Shown: positions 7,908 to 16,544 of the stretch, piece by piece
Layout: each line of letters starts with the position of its first letter
Numbering within the stretch: position 1 is the stretch's first letter
NCBI GenBank assembly: GCA_002392765.1
Contig: DGHT01000022.1
Span: 1,324-65,323 of the forward strand
DNA: 64,000 bases
Origin: Verrucomicrobia bacterium UBA3841
Lineage (GTDB): Bacteria; Verrucomicrobiota; Kiritimatiellia; RFP12; UBA1067
Direction of reading: 5' to 3'
Position numbers and translations under genes: made by a program
The notes under the pieces: generated by a model
Told to the model about the DNA's origin: nothing
The model's input: the letters and a program-made list of their open reading frames with translations, nothing else
Databases searched by the model: none

Positions 7908-8373
7908 TTGGCACCTCCTTTTGGATTATTGGTTTTAACGTCTTGAGGAGTACTTGCGCAAGGGTGTTTTCTGCTGGCACGTTCGCCCGGAGACGCTGCC
8001 AACTCCGGGGTGGCATGACAGCAAACTTTTCGAGCAGCACGGACTCTTCCGGCGAGAATCGCCATGGCGAAGCTATAAGGATTGCGCAACACGTCGCCGA
8101 AGAGCTTCCAGCATAATCAAAAAGAAAGTCGCGGCGAACGCTGCCTGGCTTCCAATTATTGTTGCTTGAGCACTGGTGCCAGACGCGATACGCCGGAGCG
8201 GACAAAACAGCCTCGACGAAGAACGCCCCCGTCACTCTCTGCACCGGCGCGCACTCGTACATGAATACGACCGATCCGACAGATGGCGAGCTTTTCCGAA
8301 ACTCGACCGTCTTCTTGCCGCTGTATAGCTCTTTCGCCCACTTGGGCTTGATGCTCATCAAACAAATATTCAT
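7900..8373 (-). CDS. ASCH-domain protein
   Basis: MNICLMSIKPKWAKELYSGKKTVEFRKS...PPRSWQRL fits the ASCH beta-barrel pattern. The start overlaps the HD gene stop. Confidence 0.6.
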   Translation of the reverse strand: MNICLMSIKPKWAKELYSGKKTVEFRKSSPSVGSVVFMYECAPVQRVTGAFFVEAVLSAPAYRVWHQCSSNNNWKPGSVRRDFLFDYAGSSSATCCAILIASPWRFSPEESVLLEKFAVMPPRSWQRLRANVPAENTLAQVLLKTLKPIIQKEVPNA

Positions 8374-8921
8374 CGTGCCACCTCGATTCCTGGTTTGTCG
8401 CATCCCTCGCACTCGCTCGTCTCCTCAAATATGGACGCCAGATGGTCGGCGGCGTGCGTGAAGATGATAGGGACGGGCCATTTGCGGAGCGCAGCCTTGT
8501 ACTCGGCCATCTGACGCTCGTCAAGCCCGAACGCGCCCATGTGCCACACTATGGCGGCTCTTTCAACCGGATCCAGCCGGATGCCGATATCGGCGGCTAT
8601 CATCGCGCTTGCGACGCCGTGCCCCGGATACGGTGGCTGTGTGTATTCGTACTTGCCGTCACCGACGGCCTTGTAGCACAGGCACTTCACCAGGTCGTGG
8701 TACATGCCGATCCGATAGGCCGACACCTCCGACACGGCGTGCGTCTCAAGCAGGATTTCGGTCACGCGCATCGAATGTTTCGCCAAACCACCTGCGACGG
8801 CGAGGTGGTGGCCTTTTGACGCCGGTGCGTCGAAGTAGCCGATCTCCTTCAGGGCTTCAAACACCGAAAGCGGCTGATCTGTCCGCTCCCAATACTCGTT
8901 AATCCTCTCTTGATCAATCAT
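8370..8921 (-). CDS. HD-domain phosphohydrolase
   Basis: KGHHLAVAGGLAKHS and MYHDLVK (H...HD) motifs. Start MIDQERI at 8921 preceded by AAGGAGGA. Confidence 0.65.
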   Translation of the reverse strand: MIDQERINEYWERTDQPLSVFEALKEIGYFDAPASKGHHLAVAGGLAKHSMRVTEILLETHAVSEVSAYRIGMYHDLVKCLCYKAVGDGKYEYTQPPYPGHGVASAMIAADIGIRLDPVERAAIVWHMGAFGLDERQMAEYKAALRKWPVPIIFTHAADHLASIFEETSECEGCDKPGIEVAR

Positions 8922-9032
8922 TGTGATCCTCCTTGAAAATAAGCCGGTCTCCGTTGTCATCTTACCCAGGGCGCCGACCGGCGAACGCTCTGGCGCAGCC
9001 GCACCCTCCTAGATGTGCGGCGGGGGTTTAAA

Positions 9033-9614
9033 CTACTTCACCTGCTCGTCGGCGATGGGTTCGATCCAGAACTCGTCCGTCTGCTCCATCGAGATTTCGT
9101 ACTCGTCGAGCACGGCCTTCTTCGCCTGGGCCTTGGCGACGACCTCCGGATCCTCGCTCTTGAGGTCGCGGAATACGTCAAGGATCGCTTCCTTGTCGAC
9201 TTCCGGCTGATTCCGTACAAACTGCTTGAGCTTGTCGATGCCGTCAAAGATAAGTCCGAGCGCCTTCCACGCGACCTTCTTGAACTTGCCTGCCTTTGTG
9301 ACGGTCGGCATGCCGAGCCGCACGCCGAAGTTGGCGAGCTTGGTGGACCCGCTGCGCCGCCCAGGCGCGCACAGCTCGCCCGCGTGCGCTTCGAAATACG
9401 GAGCGGCGCGTTCGTGCGCAGTCTTGATATCCGCCTCGAGCGCCTTGATTTCCGCGCCGAACTTGTCGTCGATCTCCTGGTGCCGAGCCTTGAGCGCCGC
9501 GACCTTCTTCTCTCTCTGGACGCAGCACTTCGCCGCCGCGTCCACCGCCTCTTCGAACTCGGCGCGCGTCGCGCACACCGGGATCTTCACTGCCTTTATC
9601 CTTGCCATGTTCAT
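9033..9614 (-). CDS. gam: Mu Gam-like host-nuclease inhibitor
   Basis: MNMARIKAVK..TRAEFEEAVDAAA...KVAALKARHQEIDDKFGAEIKALEADI..YFEAH fits the Gam family layout. Lies downstream of the transposition genes. Confidence 0.7.
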   Translation of the reverse strand: MNMARIKAVKIPVCATRAEFEEAVDAAAKCCVQREKKVAALKARHQEIDDKFGAEIKALEADIKTAHERAAPYFEAHAGELCAPGRRSGSTKLANFGVRLGMPTVTKAGKFKKVAWKALGLIFDGIDKLKQFVRNQPEVDKEAILDVFRDLKSEDPEVVAKAQAKKAVLDEYEISMEQTDEFWIEPIADEQVK

Positions 9615-9748
9615 TTTCCTTTCTTTGCGGGTTTGGTTGATTTGACTGTTCTGTATTTGCATTCAAGCTGCGTGACGCCTGCGAAGAGTAGGCACTTGCC
9701 CTTCTTGTGCCACTTGCAGGATGTGTTTGCGCACTTGACCTCCTGCAT
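9611..9748 (-). CDS. Small Cys-rich protein (45 aa)
   Basis: MQEVKCANTSCKWHKKGKCLLFAGVTQLECKY... with four Cys. Translationally coupled between the MuB-like stop and the gam start. Below the track's size cutoff. Confidence 0.4.
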   Translation of the reverse strand: MQEVKCANTSCKWHKKGKCLLFAGVTQLECKYRTVKSTKPAKKGK

Positions 9749-9749
9749 G

Positions 9750-10817
9750 TCACACCTCCTCGAACTGCGAACGGTAGACAGCGCGGAAACTCTCCCAGTT
9801 GAGAGGATGCCTCTGCTTCGACCGGTTGTTGCCGCTGCACCAGCTCGCGGTGAGCGCGAGGCACGACGTGAGACGGTTCATCCTGATGTTCGAAAGGATT
9901 CCCTCGACACACTCGGTCGAACCGCCGATGCCGTACGCCTTCGCCGCGAGATCGATGTCCTCGGCCGGGATGCGGTTCGGAAGCGTCACCACCCTCTGGC
10001 ATCGCTGGTCAATCTGTACGAGCCATCCCTTCATTCTGGGATCGTTGATAAGATCGTCCTCAAGCGACTTTGTGCCGCACAGCACCATGCCGCATCCGGA
10101 ATTGTCCCATATCTCGCGAATCCACTCGACGACCTTCATCGCGGTGCCCTTCCCGCCGGACATTACCAGCTCATGCAGCTCGTCAATGATGAGGAGCGTA
10201 TTCCGCCCGACCGCCTTCGCGACGCGCTGCCGCGCTTCGTCCACCCTGATCGACGAGCCGACGCCTACCGCCTCGGCGACCGCCGCGATAGCCAGCTTCA
10301 TCGTCGGAGCCGCCGGAATCCTCACGTAGCACACCTGCTTGTTGGACCGGCGCATGTACTCTTTAAGGCAGTATGTCTTTCCGATCTGCGACGGCCCCAC
10401 GAGCCGCACGATCGCGTTGCGCGTTATCGCGAAATTGCAAAGCCCGCTGACGCGCGTCCAGATCGAGTTTTCGATAAATCGATCCGACTTCATCTTGGCG
10501 CGCTCCGCCTCCAGTTCAAGGTAGTTGTTGATTTGCGACACAACCTTGTCTAGCGCGCCTTCGTACTTGCCCGCGAAGAGCCGCGACAAGGTCGCGCCCG
10601 AATACTCGACAAGCGCGCCTGTCTGGTCGAACGAATATCCGCGCTGCTTGCCGAGGTTGAAAAGCCGGATTATGCTCTCGAGGCCCTCGTCGGTAATCCG
10701 CCCCGCGTCCACGTAAATGCGGCATGTAGCCCTCACCTGGTCCGCGCTACGGTTCATGCCCTGGCTTGGTGTCGCCGGCACAAGGTCGCTCACGACCTCT
10801 GGTATGATTATGCTCAT
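9750..10817 (-). CDS. MuB-like DNA transposition AAA+ ATPase
   Basis: N-terminal HTH-like segment (YSGATLSRLFAGKYEG), Walker A GPSQIGKT and Walker B LLIIDELH. Immediately downstream of the transposase. Confidence 0.85.
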   Translation of the reverse strand: MSIIIPEVVSDLVPATPSQGMNRSADQVRATCRIYVDAGRITDEGLESIIRLFNLGKQRGYSFDQTGALVEYSGATLSRLFAGKYEGALDKVVSQINNYLELEAERAKMKSDRFIENSIWTRVSGLCNFAITRNAIVRLVGPSQIGKTYCLKEYMRRSNKQVCYVRIPAAPTMKLAIAAVAEAVGVGSSIRVDEARQRVAKAVGRNTLLIIDELHELVMSGGKGTAMKVVEWIREIWDNSGCGMVLCGTKSLEDDLINDPRMKGWLVQIDQRCQRVVTLPNRIPAEDIDLAAKAYGIGGSTECVEGILSNIRMNRLTSCLALTASWCSGNNRSKQRHPLNWESFRAVYRSQFEEV

Positions 10818-10847
10818 TGTATTTTCCTCCTGTGTGTTGTGTTTGGT

Positions 10848-13055
10848 TTAGTCAATAAAATCGTCATGCGGTATCAGAGGCTCCTCGCCTTCGTCGAGGT
10901 CGCCTATGTCAGCGCCCTCTTCGCCCGGCACGTCGTCCGGATCGAGCGTGACGTCCGCGCCTTCGACTCCCGCAAGCTCGCCGCGCTGCCGCTCTTCGAG
11001 TTCCCGGCGCTCCACCGGATCCTCGACCCCGAGCGCGGCGAGATTCGCCGCCGCGGCCTCGTTGCGCTCCTTGAGACGCGCCCTGACAACCGGCTCGAGC
11101 TTCGCCTTGGCGTCCGCGAGCGCCGCGCTGCGAAGACCCAGCTGCTCCTGGAGCGCCGCAACGTCCGCGTCCGCATCGGCGCGAACCGCCGGAATCGACT
11201 TTGCAACCCCGAGGAAACGCCCTTGCAGGTCGCATACATACGCCTTGCCGCAGTCCATCGGATTGACCCAGACATGCAGCTTCATCCCCCGCGGAAGCGG
11301 CTTGCCGTCGATGATCGCGGCAACGACATACCTCTCGCCCGTCTCGGCATCGCGCACCGTCACCGTCAGTTTGTCGCCGACCGTCCCAATATGCGCCAGC
11401 TCCTTTCCCAGGATCATCGGAGCGAACGCCGGCGAGACGCTCTCGAGCTTCGCGGCCTTCGTCGCGCTCGACCACGCCTCCGCCGGACTCATCCGGCGCT
11501 CGCGGTACATCGCCGCGCCGGACGCGACAAGCGCCCTGACCTGCGCGGCCCTCTCGGGCGGGAGCGCCGCCATGCGCGGCATCGCCGTCCAGTGCGGCAT
11601 ACCGGCAACCTGCATTTCCCCGACCATAAACCCGCACTCCTCCCAGCCCTCCAGCTGGTGCTCCGTCCGCTCGTCCATGCGCCTGTGCGCATCATCGACC
11701 GCGACCGCGAACGCGCGCCACGTCGGGAAGTTGAACCGCAACCCGCTCCCCGGCGTCGCCGGAAGCGCTTCCGCCAGCCTCATAAGCGCCGCGTCCTCGC
11801 GCACCATGCCGATCGTCTCCTCGGGCTGGACGCCCCGCCCGCCGCCGATGTTGCCGAAGATTGCCGCGTCGGTGTAGTTTTTGAGCGTCGCATGCATCTG
11901 CTCTATCATCCCCTTGTGCCGCGGGTTGCCGTGGTGCTGCACGTCCGGCAGTCCCTTCGCAAGCGGCTCGGTTATAATCGAGCCCGCCCGGAATACAACC
12001 GGCTTGCGCCCCGCGCCCTCGCGTACCGCGTTGATCGCGGCGAGCGCCGCGCCGAACGTGTCGTCCGCCGACGCCGTACCGTGCTCGCCCTTGATTACGC
12101 AACCACCCTCCGGCACGCCGACTACACAAAGCAGATAATGGTATAGATACCTCACCCACGCGCTTTTCAGCGTCTTCCTGGTGCCGTCCTCCGCCTCGAC
12201 AACCGGCTTGGCAAGATGGCATATCACATGCCCCGTGAGACGGTCCATCGCCGCGAACTCGACGACCCGCTGCGGCTTCGCGTTCCCGCCGAAGATCACC
12301 ATGTGCTCGTACCACATGTCGTCCACCTCGACGACCTGGCACGGCAGGAGCCCGACGCGCGTCATCCTCACCGTCGGCAGGAAGTCTATCTTCGCCTGCC
12401 CAAGCCCGATCCGCGCCGCCTCTAGCGAGCATTTGTCGGGCTTTAGCGACATCAGGTTCCGGAGCGACCATCCGGGCGGAGGGTTGCGCTCCGACCAAGG
12501 ACACGGCTCGCCCTCAGCCGGACGGTAGCCGTGCACGTTGAAATAGATGTCCTGCCATTTGCCGAACCCGGGTATGGTGTCGCCGGTGGCGAGATCCCTC
12601 ATCAGTTTCACCCAGGCCGGCTTTACCTTCCGCTTGCACGAGAGGACCCGCGCGTGCCAGTCGGCCATGAAGGCATCGTTGAACGCGAGACCGTGGCCGG
12701 ATACACGGTTGGCGATTCTCATGTCGACGGCGCCCCAGACATCGACGACAACGGTCATCCTGCCGTTGCGGGATTCCTCCCTGAATACCCTGGCGCATTT
12801 CCGGTAGAGGCTCTTGAGCGATATGCCGCCGATCCCCAGCCGGTCGAGCCGCGCGGCGATCTCGTCGGCGCACCGCGCCTTGTCGGCGGAGAGCCGGAAT
12901 ACGTTGAGCGCGTCGACGAGCGACAGAGTGCGCCGCACTTCGTCACCGGGCAAGAGTTCGAACAGCCGGTCGATGTCGGCCTTCGGAATCAACGGCTTGC
13001 CTCTGCCGGAGTCTTCCGGCAGCGGCGCGGCCGGGGCTGCAATCAGTGTTCCCAT
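10848..13055 (-). CDS. MuA-like DDE transposase
   Basis: 735 aa with an rve-like core (..VVEVDDMWYEH.., ..SADD.., ..HKGMIEQMHATLKNY). Start MGTLIAAP at 13055 after AAGGAGA. Confidence 0.8.
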   Translation of the reverse strand: MGTLIAAPAAPLPEDSGRGKPLIPKADIDRLFELLPGDEVRRTLSLVDALNVFRLSADKARCADEIAARLDRLGIGGISLKSLYRKCARVFREESRNGRMTVVVDVWGAVDMRIANRVSGHGLAFNDAFMADWHARVLSCKRKVKPAWVKLMRDLATGDTIPGFGKWQDIYFNVHGYRPAEGEPCPWSERNPPPGWSLRNLMSLKPDKCSLEAARIGLGQAKIDFLPTVRMTRVGLLPCQVVEVDDMWYEHMVIFGGNAKPQRVVEFAAMDRLTGHVICHLAKPVVEAEDGTRKTLKSAWVRYLYHYLLCVVGVPEGGCVIKGEHGTASADDTFGAALAAINAVREGAGRKPVVFRAGSIITEPLAKGLPDVQHHGNPRHKGMIEQMHATLKNYTDAAIFGNIGGGRGVQPEETIGMVREDAALMRLAEALPATPGSGLRFNFPTWRAFAVAVDDAHRRMDERTEHQLEGWEECGFMVGEMQVAGMPHWTAMPRMAALPPERAAQVRALVASGAAMYRERRMSPAEAWSSATKAAKLESVSPAFAPMILGKELAHIGTVGDKLTVTVRDAETGERYVVAAIIDGKPLPRGMKLHVWVNPMDCGKAYVCDLQGRFLGVAKSIPAVRADADADVAALQEQLGLRSAALADAKAKLEPVVRARLKERNEAAAANLAALGVEDPVERRELEERQRGELAGVEGADVTLDPDDVPGEEGADIGDLDEGEEPLIPHDDFID

Positions 13056-13086
13056 TTCTGTTTCTCCTTGTCTTGTGGTTTGTGGA

Positions 13087-13812
13087 TTAGACCTTTTCAA
13101 GTCGTTGCAGCGCCGCTTCGGCGTCGCTGCAAAGCGACTTCAGGATGCTGTGCGCCTCGGCGAGCTCGACGAGGTCGAGATGGTCGATGACGTGGTGGTC
13201 GCGCTGCGCATCCTGGAGCGGACGCAGATGGTCGCGGACCGTCGCCCATGCAGACGACGCCGTCTCGGCCACCTTGTCGAGCTCTACCATCTCCGCTTTG
13301 CCCGATGCCTCGCCCTTCGGCTTGCGGCCCTGGCCGCGACCAGGGCCGCCCCAGCTGTTGCCGTCTTCGTTCTTAATGCGCTTGACGATGCCGAGGTCGA
13401 TCATCGCCCTCGTCGCGCTCTTGTCTTCCATCCCAACCGTCGCGGCGGAGAGTTCAGTGACTGTCGGCTTTTTCGAGATAGGTATCTCCGCCGCAGTCCT
13501 CATCACACCGACCGTCCTCGTGAAAAACTGTATATACCGGTCGGCGGTGAAGCGCGATATTTGCAGATTTTTGTCGCACCATTCGACCCAGCCTCCGTAG
13601 CCGATGGCCTGCTTCTGCTTGGCGAGTTCCCACCCGGCAAGTATCAGATGGGCAAGCGCCTGGCGGCCGTGGTGCTGCGCCATGCCGACGTGGTAGTTGA
13701 TGCGCTCGCCTGGCGTGTTGTAGTCCGGCTCATTGATGTCGCCCAGCGGCGGCAGTCCTTCCGGCGCGATCGGAGCGACGGGAGCAGGGAGATACTTCTT
13801 TGACTTTTTCAT
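13087..13812 (-). CDS. DUF3102-family protein
   Basis: ..LILAGWELAKQKQAIGYGGWVEWCDKNLQISRFTADRYIQFF.. matches the DUF3102 core pattern (G..L...K......G.W..W......S..TA..YM). Confidence 0.6.
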   Translation of the reverse strand: MKKSKKYLPAPVAPIAPEGLPPLGDINEPDYNTPGERINYHVGMAQHHGRQALAHLILAGWELAKQKQAIGYGGWVEWCDKNLQISRFTADRYIQFFTRTVGVMRTAAEIPISKKPTVTELSAATVGMEDKSATRAMIDLGIVKRIKNEDGNSWGGPGRGQGRKPKGEASGKAEMVELDKVAETASSAWATVRDHLRPLQDAQRDHHVIDHLDLVELAEAHSILKSLCSDAEAALQRLEKV

Positions 13813-14043
13813 TTAGATGGAGCCTTCGTCTGGGGTGTATTCGTTGGATTCGATGTAATCGCGCGCGGCGTCGCGTGAAATGATGTACTTGCCGTTGAGG
13901 ACGTTGGCGGCAAGCTTGCCGGTCTTGATGTCGGCAAGAATAGGAGCCGTCGTCGAAAGCCCGTACGCGGCGGCGATGTCCGCAGGCGACAGCAGGGGCT
14001 TTCGCGGCAGCATCTGGATGATAGTCTGTGTCGTGGCGTTCAT
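13813..14043 (-). CDS. Excisionase-family/HTH_17-like DNA-binding protein
   Basis: LLSPADIAAAYGLSTTAPILADIKTGKLAANVLNGKYIISRDAARDYI. Confidence 0.55.
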   Translation of the reverse strand: MNATTQTIIQMLPRKPLLSPADIAAAYGLSTTAPILADIKTGKLAANVLNGKYIISRDAARDYIESNEYTPDEGSI

Positions 14044-14046
14044 TAG

Positions 14047-14376
14047 TTACTTCCATTTATTTGCATAGAAACACTGTCCGCGCGTTTCAATTCGCGCGCG
14101 GCCGCAAATGCGGATATTTGTTTTCAGCTTTATCAGCTCGTATTTCTGGTCGCGTTCCGCGAGGTGCTGCAGCAGCTTCTCGCGGAACGTCCGCCGTTCC
14201 CATTTAAGGTGTTTTAGATGCGGATCGGCACGGTCGTACTTGCGCACCGTCGGCAATGCATGGTGGTCGCTGAGGTATTTCGCGCGCTTGCGGCAGGCGT
14301 CGGAGCAGTACCGCGTGTTTTTGTGTACTGCCCGAAACGCCTGTCCGCAGATGCCGCATGTTTTTTCCACAATCAT
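14047..14376 (-). CDS. Zinc-ribbon protein
   Basis: CGICGQAF...YCSDACRKRAKY Cys4 pattern. Confidence 0.5.
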   Translation of the reverse strand: MIVEKTCGICGQAFRAVHKNTRYCSDACRKRAKYLSDHHALPTVRKYDRADPHLKHLKWERRTFREKLLQHLAERDQKYELIKLKTNIRICGRARIETRGQCFYANKWK

Positions 14377-14699
14377 TGCGCGGAATCCCCCTTACGGTCT
14401 TCCCTCGCCTCCGCTCTCCGCCTGCGCCTGCGCTCGAGGGTGTGGACGTTCTCCTGGATGTAGGCGTTCGATGCCGCCGCCGCGCACTTTAGTACGCGGT
14501 GGAAGCTAGAGCCCGTCAGGCAGAATTTCTCCTCGCCGTCGATTCTGAATACAGCGACGATGTCGTCCTTGAACTTTTTGACGTGCAGGTTGTATACCTG
14601 CCCCTGGTTGTTTACGGCGAAGGCAGTCCAAAAGCCCTCGCCCTTGATGTACTTTGCCGGGAGTGTCCCGATCTTCAACTGGTTGTTGTCTTCTTGCAT
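14373..14699 (-). CDS. Hypothetical early protein
   Basis: Coupled start/stop within the operon. Non-shadow amino-acid composition in the N-terminal roughly 85 aa. Confidence 0.45.
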   Translation of the reverse strand: MQEDNNQLKIGTLPAKYIKGEGFWTAFAVNNQGQVYNLHVKKFKDDIVAVFRIDGEEKFCLTGSSFHRVLKCAAAASNAYIQENVHTLERRRRRRAEAREDRKGDSAQ

Positions 14700-14727
14700 T
14701 GCGTTTTCCTCCTGTTTGGGTGTAATT

Positions 14728-14800
14728 CAAGGAGATGGGTATCCCCCGGCCTCAGGCCATCCGCGAAGCGGATGCCCTAGCAGGGGTGCGTCCCGCTCCG
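14728..14800. repeat. Palindromic element X (three stem-loops incl. GCGAAGC mini-hairpin) with CAAGGAGATG left boundary
   Basis: caaggagatg-ggtatccccc-ggcc tca ggcc-atccgc gaa gcggat-gccct agc agggg. About 55 bp nearly identical to 22994-23050. Confidence 0.85.
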
Positions 14801-14801
14801 T

Positions 14802-14975
14802 TCAATCCCTCGTATCGACCGTATCCGCGAGCGACGGCTTGCGGACCTCGCCCTCGTCGTCCTCGTCGTCGCCGTCGAGTACCGCCATGACCGTCGCCGC
14901 GACTATCGTGCCGACGACCCCGACCGCAACCCCGAACAGGAATACGGCCCATGCCATCATTGTATCTGCTATCAT
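14802..14975 (-). CDS. Possible 57-aa membrane protein
   Basis: MIADTMMAWAVFLFGVAVGVVGTIVAATVMAVLDGDDEDDEGE.. has one TM helix and an acidic tail. Preceded by the GGAGGGGAGGAATAAAAAATG junction. Below the track cutoff. Confidence 0.4.
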   Translation of the reverse strand: MIADTMMAWAVFLFGVAVGVVGTIVAATVMAVLDGDDEDDEGEVRKPSLADTVDTRD

Positions 14976-14978
14976 TTT

Positions 14979-15257
14979 TTATTCCTCCCCTCCTTGAACT
15001 TCAAGCCCAGTTCGCGCCTCCTTCTTGTCGAGGCGCTCGAAGGTGACCGTCTCGCGGCCGCCGCCGAAGCGGTCGCATGGCTCGAGCTTTACGACCACGA
15101 ACTCGGCATACTCCTTGCTGTGGTAGCAGCAGTCGCCGGTGATCCGGAGCATGACGTGCTGGCCGACCTGGAACTGCCCAGCCTTGAGATCGGACACCTC
15201 GCGGGGTTTCGCGTGGGTCTGTCCGTTTCGATTGAGTGTGACTTTCTTCATCTTCAT
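14979..15257 (-). CDS. Hypothetical early protein
   Basis: CAAGGAGATACCAATG start context. 92 aa. Confidence 0.5.
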   Translation of the reverse strand: MKMKKVTLNRNGQTHAKPREVSDLKAGQFQVGQHVMLRITGDCCYHSKEYAEFVVVKLEPCDRFGGGRETVTFERLDKKEARTGLEVQGGEE

Positions 15258-15291
15258 TGGTATCTCCTTGTTTGTGGGTTGTGGTTTTTAG

Positions 15292-15360
15292 ACAGGATTT
15301 ACAGGATTGACAGGATTTGTCGCAGAGAGGTTCAGGGGCGGAGTATCTTGCTCCGCTCCT
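15292..15360. repeat. 9-mer array ACAGGATTK x3 plus hairpin
   Basis: acaggattt acaggattg acaggattt (15292-15318), then gcggag-tatcttg-ctccgc (about 15338-15356), related to SL1 of the cloverleaf family. Confidence 0.8.
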
Positions 15361-15580
15361 GTTGTGACTGAGCCTCGAGAAAGTTGAGCACATTACGGCT
15401 GCGGACGGCATCCAGCTTTTTAAAATGCGCCCCGCCGGTGCCTGCATAGAAGTCGGCGCAATAGCACCAGCACGGATCGCTGAATGTAGAGTGGAACGCG
15501 CACTTGTCGCAATCCTTCCCCTTAAGCACTTCGTAGAGCCAGGGGCCGATTGCCACGATTATCTGTCCAACTTCTTGCAT
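15332..15580 (-). CDS. Cys-rich hypothetical early protein
   Basis: ..CDKCAFHSTFSDPCWCYCADF... ATG at 15580 overlaps the upstream stop (TGATG). Confidence 0.45.
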   Translation of the reverse strand: MQEVGQIIVAIGPWLYEVLKGKDCDKCAFHSTFSDPCWCYCADFYAGTGGAHFKKLDAVRSRNVLNFLEAQSQQERSKILRP

Positions 15581-15909
15581 CACTTCCCCTCCTTGAACTC
15601 TTTGCCGTCGACGGTTCCAAGGGATATAGTAAGGATCATGTAGCGCTTTCCATGCTCGGCTGGGCCGTCCTCGTCGGTGGAGGAGAAGAAACTAAGGCCA
15701 AGCAGTCCGCCGGCATACGTGAAGCTCGTGATTATCTGGACGCGCTCGACCGGGTCCTTGTACAACGCGCTCACGTATGCGGTATCCTTGGAGCAAGATG
15801 CCTCGGCATTCTTGATCTCTTCCGCAGCGACAAAATCGCACCTCTCCGCAAACCGCGCAGCTGCCCGCCGCACTTGATTGAATAGACCGCGAATTTTCCT
15901 GGCGTGCAT
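15580..15909 (-). CDS. Hypothetical early protein (109 aa)
   Basis: Starts MHARKIRG at 15909, overlapping the Ner-like stop. The track ORF 15580..16116 fuses two genes. Confidence 0.5.
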   Translation of the reverse strand: MHARKIRGLFNQVRRAAARFAERCDFVAAEEIKNAEASCSKDTAYVSALYKDPVERVQIITSFTYAGGLLGLSFFSSTDEDGPAEHGKRYMILTISLGTVDGKEFKEGK

Positions 15910-16079
15910 CACTTCCCCTCCTTGAACTTGAGCCCGAGTTCGCGCATCTTTGCGCGGAGCGGGCGCGAAATCCTCATACCGCGCGACGCATAGCACACAT
16001 GCGCCGGCGAATATCCCGTCAAGCGCGCGATTTCGCGTACGCCGGCGGCCCGCAATTTCGGTTTTCCTTTTGTTGCCAT
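15909..16079 (-). CDS. Ner/Cro-like small HTH regulator (56 aa)
   Basis: MATKGKPKLRAAGVREIARLTGYSPAHVCYASRGMRISRPLRAKMRELGLKFKEGK (hand-translated). AAAGGAGGG RBS. First gene of the early operon, divergent from the repressor. Confidence 0.55.
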   Translation of the reverse strand: MATKGKPKLRAAGVREIARLTGYSPAHVCYASRGMRISRPLRAKMRELGLKFKEGK

Positions 16080-16129
16080 CTGCCCTCCTTTTTGATATAT
16101 TATTTTTCTGTTCCAACGGAACGAGGGAT

Positions 16130-16159
16130 ATTATACCAAATTGGAATATTGGTTGTCAA
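16130..16159 (-). promoter_or_regulatory. Early promoter (sigma70-like TTGACA-N18-TATAAT)
   Basis: Minus strand: TTGACA (16159-16154), 18-nt spacer, TATAAT (16135-16130), about 45 nt upstream of the Ner-like ATG. One operator repeat lies in the spacer. Confidence 0.6.
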
Positions 16160-16176
16160 TACCAGATTGGAATATT
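16140..16176. promoter_or_regulatory. Putative operators: ATTGGAATATT x2
   Basis: Identical 11-mers at 16140-16150 and 16166-16176 between the divergent Ner-like and repressor genes. Confidence 0.55.
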
Positions 16177-16189
16177 TTTTGGAGGCCGA

Positions 16190-16540
16190 ATGATCGATAA
16201 AGTCAGACGGAATCGCTTTGCGGCGAATTTGAAAGCCTTGCGCACTGGCGCAGGGCTCAATCAGCACGCCCTCGCTAAATTGCTTGGGATAGCACAGCCG
16301 GCAGTTGCCAGATATGAGTCAGGTGTGCGGGAACCTGACCTTGATGATTTGATGTCTATCGCGGATAAACTCAACACGACGCCGAACGACCTTCTAGGAT
16401 TTGCGCCGCAACGATCGACACCATCTGCGCATTCTTGTGCGACCAACATCCACACAGGTAATAACTCACCCGTTGCAATCGGCAATAACATTACACAAAT
16501 GTTAGGACCGTTAAAGACAAAAAGAAGTAAGGATTCATGA
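16190..16540 (+). CDS. XRE-family HTH repressor (Mu c / CI analogue)
   Basis: FAANLKALRTGAGLNQHALAKLLGIAQPAVARYESGVREPDLDDLMSIADKLNTTPNDLLGF. GGAGG RBS. No S24 peptidase domain. Confidence 0.8.
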   Translation: MIDKVRRNRFAANLKALRTGAGLNQHALAKLLGIAQPAVARYESGVREPDLDDLMSIADKLNTTPNDLLGFAPQRSTPSAHSCATNIHTGNNSPVAIGNNITQMLGPLKTKRSKDS

Positions 16541-16544
16541 TGCA

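Noticed and set aside
9015-12146. Long plus-strand ORFs 9015..10553 (512 aa) and 10839..12146 (435 aa)
   Set aside because: They are antisense to the Gam, MuB-like and MuA-like genes, which carry Walker and DDE-type motifs. Their composition is dominated by R/L/H/P/A.
15580-16116. Single 178-aa ORF as given in the track
   Set aside because: Hand translation shows two coupled genes in different frames. One is a 56-aa HTH protein (15909..16079). The other is a 109-aa protein (15580..15909) that shares the conserved junction cassette.
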